Source of the DNA: Candidatus Omnitrophota bacterium
GTDB lineage: Bacteria > Omnitrophota > Omnitrophia > Omnitrophales > Aquincolibacteriaceae
DNA length: 64,000 bases
NCBI GenBank assembly: GCA_022705945.1
Contig: JAKJDL010000001.1
Location: 227,582 to 291,581 of the forward strand
Direction: 5' to 3'
The notes beneath the pieces were generated by a model, which was not told the origin of the DNA, ran no database searches, and worked only from the letters and a program-made list of their open reading frames with translations. The translations under genes were made by a program, and so were the position numbers. The number at the start of each line of letters is the position of its first letter. Positions within the stretch are counted from its first letter, which is position 1. This document shows positions 28,223 to 38,181 of the stretch, in pieces.

Positions 28223-28853
28223 TTTTTACCCATCGTCCGCTGCGAAGCGCGTCCTGGATATGAAGCGCGATGCTTTCGGCATTATTTTCCAGGGCCGCGT
28301 TCAAATTGACCTGAGGACCGCCCTTTTTTGCGAAAACTTTTTTGGCATCGCTTGAACCGGTGGTTGTGAATCGGTCCACAAAACCAAGGTTCCGATCGAA
28401 CACGAACACCTCCGTTTCGAATGAAACCGCCTGGCCTTTCAGCGTGACATCGTTCCCAAAATCCCCGGGCTTTATATAAACAAGATAAGGAATCGCGTAT
28501 TGACGAAGCATCTCCTGCGTCGGCTCACTTTCGATCAATACAAATTCCGTAAAACCCTGCTGGAAAGCCTCGATCGCCATCGGAACGTAGGCCTCTCCTA
28601 TGTGATAAGTTTGCGGATCCGCAAACCGTCCCCCTCTATCGGTGGAGATCATCCCATGAAGCGAGGGGTCAAGATAGAGCCCGATCCTTTGCTCCTGCGG
28701 CAGGACACGGCTGTAAAAACGATTCGAAAGAACGCCGGGCGCATGGATATCCCATCCGAAAAGCGTCGCACAGCCGGAAGCGAGCAGAACTGCGGCACAT
28801 ATTAAAAACGGGGCGGAGAAAAAAGCGGCTGGCCGAATTTTAGGTTCTGGCAT
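28203..28853 (-). CDS. Lipoprotein of unknown function.
   Basis: Lipobox LLASGC after the hydrophobic N-terminus. Confidence 0.5.
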   Translation of the reverse strand: MPEPKIRPAAFFSAPFLICAAVLLASGCATLFGWDIHAPGVLSNRFYSRVLPQEQRIGLYLDPSLHGMISTDRGGRFADPQTYHIGEAYVPMAIEAFQQGFTEFVLIESEPTQEMLRQYAIPYLVYIKPGDFGNDVTLKGQAVSFETEVFVFDRNLGFVDRFTTTGSSDAKKVFAKKGGPQVNLNAALENNAESIALHIQDALRSGRWVKNVSKTE

Positions 28854-29004
28854 GGGAAATCACTTCGTATTGGCTCTCAATCCGGGCGAAATCCGCCCCA
28901 AGGTCCGGTTATCGGCCATTGGCAATCACCGATTTTAAAAATTGCTCCGGGGCTTCATGGCCCGTAGCCGGAAGAGAATCGTTGCAAAATGGGTCGTCGT
29001 TATT

Positions 29005-30060
29005 TCATACAAGGCAGGCATCACGGATCTCACAGAGGATATCTTCCATATTCTTCGTTAGAGACCAACCCGGATAATGTTTTGAAAATTTTGAGATATC
29101 GCTCACCCACCACATGTGATCGCCGACACGATTTTGAGGGTCATAAGCCGTTTTCATTTTCCGCCCCGTTATCTTTTCACAGAGCAGGATCGTTTCCTGC
29201 ATGGAGCCGTGGCTGAAACGGCTTCCGCCCATATTATATGCCTCTCCGCACCTCGGCTTTTGATAAAAATGGTAAAAGGCATTTACCAGATCGTAGCTGT
29301 GGAGATTGTCCCGCACCTGTTTCCCCTGATAGCCGAAGATTCTGTATTCGCGGCCCGTGACGGCGCATTTCATAAGATAAGCCAGATAACCGTGAAGTTC
29401 GGCCGCAGCGTGCCTCGGACCGGTCAAACACCCGCATCTGAAAGCTGCTGTCTTCATCCCGAAATACCGCCCGTATTCCTGGACCATGATGTCCGCGGCA
29501 ACCTTGGAAGCTCCGAAAATCGAGTGAGTGCAATGATCCAGCGACATGGTTTCGTCAATACCGTTTTGGAAATACGGATGGCCAGCATCAAGTTCCCACC
29601 GGGTTTCCAGTTCCCGAAGAGGAAGTCCGTTGGGGTTATCTCCATAAACTTTATTGGTCGATGTAAAAATAAAAACTGCGCCCGGACAAAAGTTCCGCGC
29701 GGCTTCCAAAAGGTTCAGCGTTCCCGCCGCATTGATGCCAAAATCCGTATGCGGTTCCCTAGCGGCCCAATCGTGGCTCGGCTGTGCCGCATTATGAATG
29801 ATCAACGTAATGTCACGTCCATACTCGGAGAAGATCCGATTTATTGCCTCCGCGTCTCTGACATCCTTGTCATAATCAGAAAATAACGGACATTCGGCCC
29901 GAAGTTCCGTCATGCAACGCTGAACGGAGCCCTCTTCGCCAAAAAAATACTTTCGCATGTTATTTTCGATCCCGACGGGTTTAAAACCTTTCGAGTGAAA
30001 AAAACGGACTGATTCCGATCCTATAAGACCACCCGCTCCCGTGATTAAAACAACCTTCAT
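29005..30060 (-). CDS. NAD-dependent sugar epimerase/dehydratase (extended SDR, CDP-paratose-2-epimerase-like).
   Basis: [29 protein letters not shown] and [12 protein letters not shown] motifs. Confidence 0.8.
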   Translation of the reverse strand: MKVVLITGAGGLIGSESVRFFHSKGFKPVGIENNMRKYFFGEEGSVQRCMTELRAECPLFSDYDKDVRDAEAINRIFSEYGRDITLIIHNAAQPSHDWAAREPHTDFGINAAGTLNLLEAARNFCPGAVFIFTSTNKVYGDNPNGLPLRELETRWELDAGHPYFQNGIDETMSLDHCTHSIFGASKVAADIMVQEYGRYFGMKTAAFRCGCLTGPRHAAAELHGYLAYLMKCAVTGREYRIFGYQGKQVRDNLHSYDLVNAFYHFYQKPRCGEAYNMGGSRFSHGSMQETILLCEKITGRKMKTAYDPQNRVGDHMWWVSDISKFSKHYPGWSLTKNMEDILCEIRDACLV

Positions 30061-30097
30061 TTACCCTCCTCCCATCTGACCTTGTCAATCATGCAGG

Positions 30098-31198
30098 TCA
30101 AAGAAATATTTTTCGCGCTTCCGCTTCGTTCTCCCTCATCCAGAGAAAAATGTCTTCAAAAATCTCCTTTACCGCTCTGCGGGGCTTCCAGTCAAAAATT
30201 TCGCCTGTGTTTCCATTATCGGTTAAATACCAGATCATATCGGCCGGCCGACATTCCGGGATGCTGCCAACAGCCACCGCGTTCCCTGTTAATCGGGCGC
30301 AAAGGTTTGTCGCCTCAAAAAGGGAGAGGTTTGAAAAACGCGATCCCCCGGCGTTGAACACCTCTCCGTAAAACGGAGCTGCCCCGTTCATCAGGATCCG
30401 GGCCTGTGTCCCGATAAGGTCCGCAAGATCCTGAACATGTAAAAGGTCCCTGACCTGTTTTCCCGTCCCCCCAAAACCGATATAGTTCAACGGCCCTCTG
30501 AAGTAGTGCTTGGCCATCCAAAAAGCAAATACTCCCTGGTCCGCCTTCCCAAGCTGCCATGGCCCCGCCACAACTCCGCACCGATCGATGATCGCGGGCA
30601 ATTTATACTGGAAAGCGTATTCCTGAAGAATCAGTTCGGCTCCCAATTTGCTGGCTCCGTATAACGAACGGACACCCTGGAGAGGCATTTCGGCAGAAAC
30701 TCCGTCGGGATGAACACCCGGGCATCCCTCCAGAAGCTCGTACCTTGTTTCCGTCTCTTGATAGCGGCAGGCGTTGATTTTATCGTAGGGATATACCCTG
30801 GAAGTTGATAAAAAAATTACCGGTGTCCGACGTTCGCGGGCCCATTCAAAACAATTGATCGCTCCCTGCAGGTTCACATCAAGAAGATAGCGGGCGTCTT
30901 CTCCTTTTGTCCCCATGAGCACCGACGGCTCCGCACTGCATTCAATCAACAAATCATAGCGACCGGGAACCTTTCTCAGGTCTTCGGGAATCCGGACATC
31001 TCCGCGGATAAAACCGGCCCCGCAAGCGTTTACTCTTTGTTGCAATAAAATTTCCGATCCTCGCCGGCTCAGGTTGTCCAGGGCGGTCACTTCAAAACCC
31101 TGACAAGTTAAATCGACCGCCAGGTGAGATCCGATAAAGCCGCATCCCCCCGTAATCAGGATCCTTTTCTTTTTCATTTTCCCCTTTCCCTGATTCAA
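30098..31198 (-). CDS. NAD-dependent sugar epimerase (CDP-paratose 2-epimerase family). Paralog of the upstream gene.
   Basis: ILITGGCGFIGSHL, DNLSRRGS, ETETRY, YGASKL and GTGKQVRDLLH, the last matching the GNGKQVRDVLH I recall for RfbE. Confidence 0.85.
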   Translation of the reverse strand: MNQGKGKMKKKRILITGGCGFIGSHLAVDLTCQGFEVTALDNLSRRGSEILLQQRVNACGAGFIRGDVRIPEDLRKVPGRYDLLIECSAEPSVLMGTKGEDARYLLDVNLQGAINCFEWARERRTPVIFLSTSRVYPYDKINACRYQETETRYELLEGCPGVHPDGVSAEMPLQGVRSLYGASKLGAELILQEYAFQYKLPAIIDRCGVVAGPWQLGKADQGVFAFWMAKHYFRGPLNYIGFGGTGKQVRDLLHVQDLADLIGTQARILMNGAAPFYGEVFNAGGSRFSNLSLFEATNLCARLTGNAVAVGSIPECRPADMIWYLTDNGNTGEIFDWKPRRAVKEIFEDIFLWMRENEAEARKIFL

Positions 31199-31208
31199 AA
31201 AATGAGCT

Positions 31209-32054
31209 CTACCACTTCAAAAATTGAATTATCCGGTATTCGCCCGATATCAAAAGCCGTAAAAACCTGGCAAGCTCGTAAGGGGCTGTCAACAGATGCA
31301 AGCATAGCCTTTTAATGAAATTTTCGTTCTTTTGTATCATCAGCCGCCGATTACGGAAGCACAGGTATCGGCGCGCCGCGATATCCGTGTTGGACCCGTT
31401 GCCGCTATGAAAACAAACCGACTCAGGACAAAACTTCGTTCGCCATCCGGCGCGCCAAGCCCTCCAGGCCAGATCCACGTCTTCCACAAGAAAAAAAAAC
31501 CTTTCGTCAAAATAACCCGTGCTTTCCTTGAGACTGTCCAGCATGCGGCGACTGTAAAAAGCCGCTGCTGAACAGGGGCCTATGATTTTTTTTTCAACCT
31601 CCCCGGAGCAACTCCGGGGTTTCCCCCGGTTCAGGTCATAAAATCTTCGAAAAACCGTCAGGCGGATCCCGTGTGAATAGACCTCCCGGCCGGCCGCATT
31701 CAACACGTTGGGCTGGATCATCCCTGCAGTGCTTTCAAGCGCAGTTGCCGTTCTTGTAAAGTTTTTCAAAAAATTTTTTTCAAGAACAACATCACTGTCG
31801 AGAGAGAGCACCCAATCTCCCGACGAGGCTTCGATACCCTGATTTCTCGCCTTGCTGGCTCCGTAATTCCCTGGATTTTCGATTAATCGCACATCGGCAT
31901 AATTCTTTTTGACGAACTCTTTTGTCCCGTCCGACGAGGCATTATCGACCACAATAACTTCTTTTTCTGACACACCCTGATCAAACACGGAATCCAGACA
32001 AAAGCGTATAGATTCGATGCTGTTGTGTGTGAGAATCACTATAGAAAGCATCAT
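31209..32054 (-). CDS. Family 2 glycosyltransferase (soluble type).
   Basis: LSIVILTHN...VVDNASSDGT...NPGNYGASKARNQG...LDSDV corresponds to the DxD and ED GT-A motifs. Confidence 0.85.
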   Translation of the reverse strand: MMLSIVILTHNSIESIRFCLDSVFDQGVSEKEVIVVDNASSDGTKEFVKKNYADVRLIENPGNYGASKARNQGIEASSGDWVLSLDSDVVLEKNFLKNFTRTATALESTAGMIQPNVLNAAGREVYSHGIRLTVFRRFYDLNRGKPRSCSGEVEKKIIGPCSAAAFYSRRMLDSLKESTGYFDERFFFLVEDVDLAWRAWRAGWRTKFCPESVCFHSGNGSNTDIAARRYLCFRNRRLMIQKNENFIKRLCLHLLTAPYELARFLRLLISGEYRIIQFLKW

Positions 32055-33157
32055 GGGTGCCGGATCTCTTTCAAGATATCAGCCAGCCTTTCCCCCAGAA
32101 TCGTCAGGGAGTAATTCCGCTCCGCTTCGTTCCTGGCCGATCGTCCCATTTTTTTACGAAGGGTCTCATCCTCCGCCAAACAGCACATTCGTGACACAAA
32201 TTCAGCGCGACCTTCCGCCAAAAATCCGGTCTCGCCGTCACGAATCACCGCGGCGGCTTCTCCGCGGCGGCTTGAAATGGTCGCCTTCCCCATACTCATG
32301 TATTCGAAAAGCTTCGTAGGGCTTTTGGCCCGATTGAATTTTGTATCCTGGATCAGAGGCAAAAGTCCGACATCCGTTTGAGCGAGATATTCCGGAATTT
32401 TCTCCGGGGGAATCCACGGATAAATTTTGATCTTGTCCGCATATTTGTTTAATTTAACAGCCTCTTTGAATTGCTCGAAATATTTCCCCTCTCCGGCCAA
32501 ACTCAACCGCATATGCCCGTTCCGGGCGGCCGCCTCTGAAAAACAGTCCAGCAGAAAACAAAGATTCTCTGCCATTTCCGGGTGATAAGCGGTCCCGATC
32601 CAGGAATAAACAATTTCAGGCGATTTTCTTTCCTCCCGGAGACCGAAAAGCTCCGTATCCACCCCGGTCGGGAGATAATAAACATTGGGATTAAATCGCT
32701 TCAAATAATCTTTGAGGAATTTGCTGGCGGCAATACAAACGCTGGCTTTGCGGGAGACCACCCTCGTTAGCCATTCCATTTTGGAGCTTGGGTAAAACCC
32801 GAAATGGTAGACGGGATTTTCCCGGATATTCCAGTCGTCACAGTCAAAGACCACGGGATTGCGTTTAAAAAAAGAAACCAGGAGCGGCGCCAAGGTATGA
32901 TAATTCAGCCGCTGAAGGATGAAAACGGTATCGCGGGGTTCTTTTATAAGCCTGCCAAAGGCTTTTATATTAAGTCTAAGCTTTGCGAAGGCGGACATCT
33001 CGAGTTCTTTTTCGCCGCATTTCGCGCCAAGATCATCGGCAAAAGAAAAAACTTTCGCGGCAATCCCGCGCCTGCCCAACTCCCGGGCAAAATTATAGCA
33101 CCGCACTCTCGCCCCTGCGAGCTGGTAACCTTCGCGAGTGATAAATAGAACCTTCAT
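32051..33157 (-). CDS. Group 1 (GT4) glycosyltransferase.
   Basis: C-terminal KLFEYMSMGKATISSRRGEAAAVIRDGETGFL is the GT-B EX7E-like motif. There is a 4-nt overlap with the downstream GT2 gene. Confidence 0.85.
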   Translation of the reverse strand: MKVLFITREGYQLAGARVRCYNFARELGRRGIAAKVFSFADDLGAKCGEKELEMSAFAKLRLNIKAFGRLIKEPRDTVFILQRLNYHTLAPLLVSFFKRNPVVFDCDDWNIRENPVYHFGFYPSSKMEWLTRVVSRKASVCIAASKFLKDYLKRFNPNVYYLPTGVDTELFGLREERKSPEIVYSWIGTAYHPEMAENLCFLLDCFSEAAARNGHMRLSLAGEGKYFEQFKEAVKLNKYADKIKIYPWIPPEKIPEYLAQTDVGLLPLIQDTKFNRAKSPTKLFEYMSMGKATISSRRGEAAAVIRDGETGFLAEGRAEFVSRMCCLAEDETLRKKMGRSARNEAERNYSLTILGERLADILKEIRHP

Positions 33158-33389
33158 TAAGGTTACCGGAATCCTCTTTTCGATCTCAAAACTTTACGAT
33201 TCAATTCATCCTTCTCGATATTAAGAATGTAAAACATCAGCATGGTTGTCTGTCACGAACCACAAGAGGTTCAGTGTCATCGCAAAGAGAATAAAAAAAG
33301 CGGCACCCCAATCATAGAAATCGGCCATTTTCAGAGTCTTTTGCGGCTGAATATCCATAAACTTTCTCTGGTGAAAGGAATCTGTTTTT

Positions 33390-34556
33390 TTATCTAATTT
33401 TCTCGTATGCGGCCAATAAAGTCGCCGCAGTCTTGGGCCAATCGTATCTCAGTTCCGCTCTCTCACGGCTCGCTTTTTCCAGATTCTTCCTTAGTTCCGG
33501 ATCCTCAAGGGCAAGAAGGATGCCTTCGGCCATCGCATTGTGATCCCCTGGGGAAGTCAGGATGCCCACTCCCCCGAGCATTTTCCGGACCTCTCCCACG
33601 TCACTCGCCACGATCGCCTTCCCCATCGCCATGTATTCGACGATCTTCAAAGGACTTTTGCATCGCGTCACAAGCGTATCTTTAAAAGGGGCCACACATA
33701 CCGTAGCGGCGGCAATATAAAAGGGTATTTCGGAGTGAGGAACCGACCCGGTAAAGATTACCCGGGACCCCAGACCGAGTTCGTGAACCATCCGACGCAA
33801 TTTCCACTCCATAAACCCCTCTCCGACAATAAAAAATCTGGTGTTCGGACGCTTGTGCAGAATGATATTAGCGGCTTTAATGAATAAATCCACGTATTGG
33901 GCCCCGTGAAGTTGACCGACATAAAGAACGATTTCTTCGTGATTCAGAAGTTCGTGTTTTTTTCTTACGGCTTCCCCCGAGATCGACGGGTTGAATTTCT
34001 CCATATCCGCCCCGACCGGGGTTTCCGACAGGCGCACTCCCCGCACACCGAACCTTTCGGCTAAACTTTTTAGATGTCCGCTCGCGCAGGAAACGGAATC
34101 CGCCAGGACCGGAAGCGTCCGCTCGAGAACTTTGAACGAGAATCCGATAAACCTCGAATGAAGTCCCCTCCCGCAGGACTCAAACCAGATCTTTTCTTCC
34201 CAATCATCCCAGTCGTAATGAAGCGGTTTCTTTTTAATATACGCCGCGATCACGGCGGGAACCGAAGCATAATGGTGGCATTTCTGAAAGTGTACGATAT
34301 CCGCCCATTCGCATAAGGAGAGAAGAGTCTTAATATTTTTAAAAAAGACGAGGGGGGAAGGATTTCTATCGAGCGGGACAAGCTCCACCGCGTTGATTTG
34401 TCCGGGGAGGTGTTTTTTGTTTAACGCCAGGGGAAAATAACAGAGCTTCACCCAATGACCCTTTTTGGTAAATTCGTGAGCGATACTCGTCACCCTTATG
34501 GTCCACGGCTCGGATTTATCAAGCGGATCATGGGGGTGGATCATTAAAATTTTCAT
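33390..34556 (-). CDS. Group 1 (GT4) glycosyltransferase.
   Basis: PLKIVEYMAMGKAIVASDVGEVRKMLGGVGILT. Confidence 0.85.
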   Translation of the reverse strand: MKILMIHPHDPLDKSEPWTIRVTSIAHEFTKKGHWVKLCYFPLALNKKHLPGQINAVELVPLDRNPSPLVFFKNIKTLLSLCEWADIVHFQKCHHYASVPAVIAAYIKKKPLHYDWDDWEEKIWFESCGRGLHSRFIGFSFKVLERTLPVLADSVSCASGHLKSLAERFGVRGVRLSETPVGADMEKFNPSISGEAVRKKHELLNHEEIVLYVGQLHGAQYVDLFIKAANIILHKRPNTRFFIVGEGFMEWKLRRMVHELGLGSRVIFTGSVPHSEIPFYIAAATVCVAPFKDTLVTRCKSPLKIVEYMAMGKAIVASDVGEVRKMLGGVGILTSPGDHNAMAEGILLALEDPELRKNLEKASRERAELRYDWPKTAATLLAAYEKIR

Positions 34557-34580
34557 TTTATTGATAGCACTCCTGACTTC

Positions 34581-35549
34581 TTAACCGATTATTTGAGAGT
34601 TTATTAAGGCCTTAAAAATAATTCCGGCAATGACCCGGTGTCCTTCATAAGTCGGATGCATCTCATCTACAAAATAAGAATCCTCTTCGAGCGCGGGCCG
34701 CGTATCGATAAAAACAACACCCTCATTTGCCTCTGCCAGGTTCTTCATAATCTCAACATACCGCACAATCGCATCCGGAGAGCGATGGGCTTCAGTGATC
34801 AATAAAATTTTAAAATGCCGCCTTTCTCCCAACGCAATGATTTCCCGGAGATTGTTTTCAAAATCTTCAGGAGGAACTCTTTGTTTTGGTTTATTGAGCA
34901 AACGGAACAACATTTCATCGAACCAATTATAGATTCTCAGATTTTGCAAAAACCGTCTCAGATTTAACCCGATAAGTTCCCACTCTCCTCGCGGCCGGAG
35001 GCTTTCCTGCTTGAGCCATTCCGAATATTCTTTATCAGATAAGGTGATGTGGATTTCACCGTTATGGTGGCTGTCATTTGCGCCAACGCAAAGAGTAACC
35101 AGATCCGGGCTGAAATTCAAAAGCCGCTGTTTAAGGTACATCAAAACCTGAAAAGTTGAATAACCTCCAACCCCGGCATTAATTACTTCAAATTTATTTT
35201 TAGAAAATTGGCGATTTAGCATTGTCTCAAGAACTGCCGGATAAATTTTTTCCGTGTCCTCCAAAGGCCATCCCCACGTCGAGGATCCGCCGAGACACAA
35301 AATCCTAAAAACCCCTTGTGGTTTTTTTTCTTCATGAAAAACGCCCCTGAATTCCATTGCAGCATGGTGAGCAATGCCCGATGGATTATGTTGCGGCGGT
35401 TCCGGCCGCCAAAAAACCGAGTGATCCAGCAACGACCCTTGACGGTATTCGGGAGAAAAATAACTGTCCCACGGAGACAGGCGCAAGGCAAACTCCAACA
35501 ACGAAAATAACACTATGGCGGGGATCAGAGAAAACAATATTCTTTTCAT
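34581..35549 (-). CDS. SGNH/GDSL-family hydrolase, N-terminally membrane-anchored. Possible polysaccharide O-acyl esterase or acyltransferase.
   Basis: TM anchor MKRILFSLIPAIVLFSLLEFA. Block I ILCLGGSSTWG and block III CVGANDSHH are present. Confidence 0.65.
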   Translation of the reverse strand: MKRILFSLIPAIVLFSLLEFALRLSPWDSYFSPEYRQGSLLDHSVFWRPEPPQHNPSGIAHHAAMEFRGVFHEEKKPQGVFRILCLGGSSTWGWPLEDTEKIYPAVLETMLNRQFSKNKFEVINAGVGGYSTFQVLMYLKQRLLNFSPDLVTLCVGANDSHHNGEIHITLSDKEYSEWLKQESLRPRGEWELIGLNLRRFLQNLRIYNWFDEMLFRLLNKPKQRVPPEDFENNLREIIALGERRHFKILLITEAHRSPDAIVRYVEIMKNLAEANEGVVFIDTRPALEEDSYFVDEMHPTYEGHRVIAGIIFKALINSQIIG

Positions 35550-35604
35550 TCGCTAGCCCGTGTTCCCATGAATTGTCAAAAGAAGGCTCTTTATCGAAAT
35601 TATT

Positions 35605-37242
35605 TTATTTGGCACGCTTTTTTCCTCCCAACAAGACCCGCCCGCGAGCCATGGCAAATAACCAGAAATAGCCCGTATAAACCAAAACAAAAACCGAAAG
35701 AAAAATTAATGCTGTCCATTTTTTGATATTGCGCCTCATCTTTACAGGATATGCTTTCGATGCAGCGCAAACAGTCAAACCGGCATTCCCTGGTTCTTCC
35801 CTGTTGATACAACACAAAAGATCCAATCGTCGCTCTTTCCCTTCCGAGATATTCGTTTCCAGAACCCGGATGTTGGATCCGTCCGCTATTTGCAGCAACC
35901 GTTCGGCCCTTCTTTTTCTTACCGGATATGTATTTCCATCTTTGGTTTCCCACAAATAATACCAATCCTTTTCGGGCAGCGATTTAAGGCCGAACGCGGC
36001 GGCATGATCGTAAACATCGGTGCCCGCGATAAGGTGCAGGGTATTAATGGATTTGATCGCATCAATCACATCCGCGTTTTTTTTGACAAAATGGCAGGTT
36101 TCCCGGAAATCCTCTTCTGATTCTCCCGGAAACCCTATCATCACGAAAATTTCGGTTTCAATCCCAGCCCGTTTGGCGTTTCTAATGTTTTGCTCCGAGG
36201 TTTCCGCCGTAAACGGTTTTCGCATGATTTTTAAAATTTTATTTGACCCGGATTCAAGCCCTATCTGGAGTTTATAACAACCGGCTTCTCTCATCTTTTT
36301 GAAAAATTCGAACGTCATTTCTTCCCGAGGGGCGATTTGACCAGACCACCGCAGTCGTAAATTTTCACTCAGGATTTTATCGCAGATTTTTTCAAGGGTC
36401 GGCGGGTCACCGTTCAGCACGTTATCCACAACCGTGAATTCATGTATCTTTTTATTTTCGCAATGATACTTTAGTTCCCGGAGAGCCCAATCCGGCGATT
36501 TGGAACGGTAATAAGGAAAAAGTTTGTGATTTTTACAAAAAGCGCACCGGCTCCGGCAGCCGCGCGACCACTCCACCAGGAGTGCGTCGGAATATAAACT
36601 CATGTTAAATTCTTCATAAGTCGGGAAAGGGAGGGATTCCAAATGTTGGATGGGGGGCCTTTCCTGATACTCCCATGTCCCATTGTTTTTAAAGTAGCAG
36701 CCCTTTAAGCCGCTCAAACTTTTCCCATTTAAGAGACGATCGGTCAAATCAAACAACGTTTCTTCCCCTTCTCCTATCACGAAAAAATCAACGTATTCTG
36801 CCGCCTTTTCCAAAAAAATATGTCGTTGTTCTCGCGTGGATGTGGCAGGCCCGCCAAGAATGATACGTTTCCGAGGAGCTTTTTTTTTGATCGATTTAAT
36901 GAATTCAATTGTTAATCGCTCCTTAGGATCCACCACGGAAAACCCGAGAATCCCCGCTTCGCAATCGACGATTTCGTCAACAGCCTTATCAATGTCGTTT
37001 CTCAGAGCGGCCACAATCGCCGGGAAGGTTTTTTCGTTGGACCAATAATTTTTGTTTTCGACATGCCATAGGGCCTGCAATTCGGGATGATCGTTAAAAA
37101 AGGACTTATTCAAGTCAAACAATTTAAGGGAAATCTTTTTTGCCCTGAGGTACGAAGCCAAATAACCGATCCCGATATGAGGATTTTCCTGACTCCAGGG
37201 AGGCAGGTTAACAATAACAAGATCCATAGAAACCAATCGCAA
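35605..37242 (-). CDS. Cobalamin-binding (class B) radical SAM protein with a C-terminal transmembrane helix.
   Basis: N-terminal B12-binding-like domain DLVIVNLPPW...GIGYLASYL. Radical SAM motif CRSRCAFC. C-terminal WTALIFLSVFVLVYTGYFWLFAMA. Confidence 0.8.
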   Translation of the reverse strand: MRLVSMDLVIVNLPPWSQENPHIGIGYLASYLRAKKISLKLFDLNKSFFNDHPELQALWHVENKNYWSNEKTFPAIVAALRNDIDKAVDEIVDCEAGILGFSVVDPKERLTIEFIKSIKKKAPRKRIILGGPATSTREQRHIFLEKAAEYVDFFVIGEGEETLFDLTDRLLNGKSLSGLKGCYFKNNGTWEYQERPPIQHLESLPFPTYEEFNMSLYSDALLVEWSRGCRSRCAFCKNHKLFPYYRSKSPDWALRELKYHCENKKIHEFTVVDNVLNGDPPTLEKICDKILSENLRLRWSGQIAPREEMTFEFFKKMREAGCYKLQIGLESGSNKILKIMRKPFTAETSEQNIRNAKRAGIETEIFVMIGFPGESEEDFRETCHFVKKNADVIDAIKSINTLHLIAGTDVYDHAAAFGLKSLPEKDWYYLWETKDGNTYPVRKRRAERLLQIADGSNIRVLETNISEGKERRLDLLCCINREEPGNAGLTVCAASKAYPVKMRRNIKKWTALIFLSVFVLVYTGYFWLFAMARGRVLLGGKKRAK

Positions 37243-37281
37243 AAGTCATCATGTTCTAAACTTCTCTCTTTTTGTTATGCC

Positions 37282-38181
37282 TTAGACAACAGCCGCTTCA
37301 CATCGTTTACAAAGAAAACTACCCGGGGAACCTTTTTTGCCGTCCCTCTGGTCCCGGACATCTTGGTATTTCGAAGAATTCCAGATCGTTTCGATGCTCT
37401 TTTCATTAAGATCCCCCAAAACGACCTCCCTTCTCCAATCCATGCAGCATAAGATAACTTTCCCGTCTTCGGTTACATGCATCATTTCGTTTGCCCAAAT
37501 ACTGGCGCAACCTTTGACCTGATGATGCGTAACATGAGGGATTGTTTTTACATTTCCTGCACGGCTGATCGGCTTTTCGAAAAAGCTAATTCTTTCTACA
37601 CCCTGTTTTCGCCAAAACTTAACTGCTTCATCTTTTTCTTCCGGGTTTAAATGGTCGTGTCCTAAAAATGTAATCATAACGTAATCTTTGATGTTCTTAT
37701 TCGACTTAACCCGGTCCAAAAAGCTCAGGACCCTTTCAATTGTCTTGGCGGCATCGATTCCCATAGCTTCTTTTATCGTTTCATGCCTGATCCCGTGCAA
37801 GCTTATCCCGATCCAATCTAGCCTGGAAGCAACCAATTGATCCGCCAAGGACGGGGTCAGAAGACTCCCGTTGGTGAGGATATGGACACAAGACCACGGA
37901 ACCTTAGTTTTCGCATAATCAATTCGTTCAATCAGAAAAGGGTCCGTTAAAGGATCATTGTTCATGTAGAGGATCATTCGCTCAATGTTCTTGTGGGCCG
38001 CACATTCATCTATGATTTTGCGGTAAAGTTTACCTTCCATCACCCTGGGAGGAAAAAGCTCCTTAATTTCCCGAAAGGGACAAAAAATACAGGCAGCATT
38101 GCACATGGATGTCGTTTGGATGGAAAACTTGTTAGGAAAATCTCTGGTCTGATCCATAAATTCTTGTGTAAATTTTTTCAT
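37282..38181 (-). CDS. Radical SAM/SPASM-domain protein. Paralog of the modules in the adjacent 1473-aa protein.
   Basis: TTSMCNAACIFCP (CxxxCxxC). The C-terminal Cys-rich region is GCASIW...ILCCMDW...GDLNEKSIETIWNSSKYQDVR...CKRCE. Confidence 0.8.
   Translation of the reverse strand: MKKFTQEFMDQTRDFPNKFSIQTTSMCNAACIFCPFREIKELFPPRVMEGKLYRKIIDECAAHKNIERMILYMNNDPLTDPFLIERIDYAKTKVPWSCVHILTNGSLLTPSLADQLVASRLDWIGISLHGIRHETIKEAMGIDAAKTIERVLSFLDRVKSNKNIKDYVMITFLGHDHLNPEEKDEAVKFWRKQGVERISFFEKPISRAGNVKTIPHVTHHQVKGCASIWANEMMHVTEDGKVILCCMDWRREVVLGDLNEKSIETIWNSSKYQDVRDQRDGKKGSPGSFLCKRCEAAVV

Noticed and set aside
29116-29886. 256-aa + strand ORF, and other + strand ORFs across 29-64 kb such as 42859..43467 and 40606..40959.
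   Set aside because: All lie antisense to strongly supported minus-strand genes of the glycan/rSAM operon.
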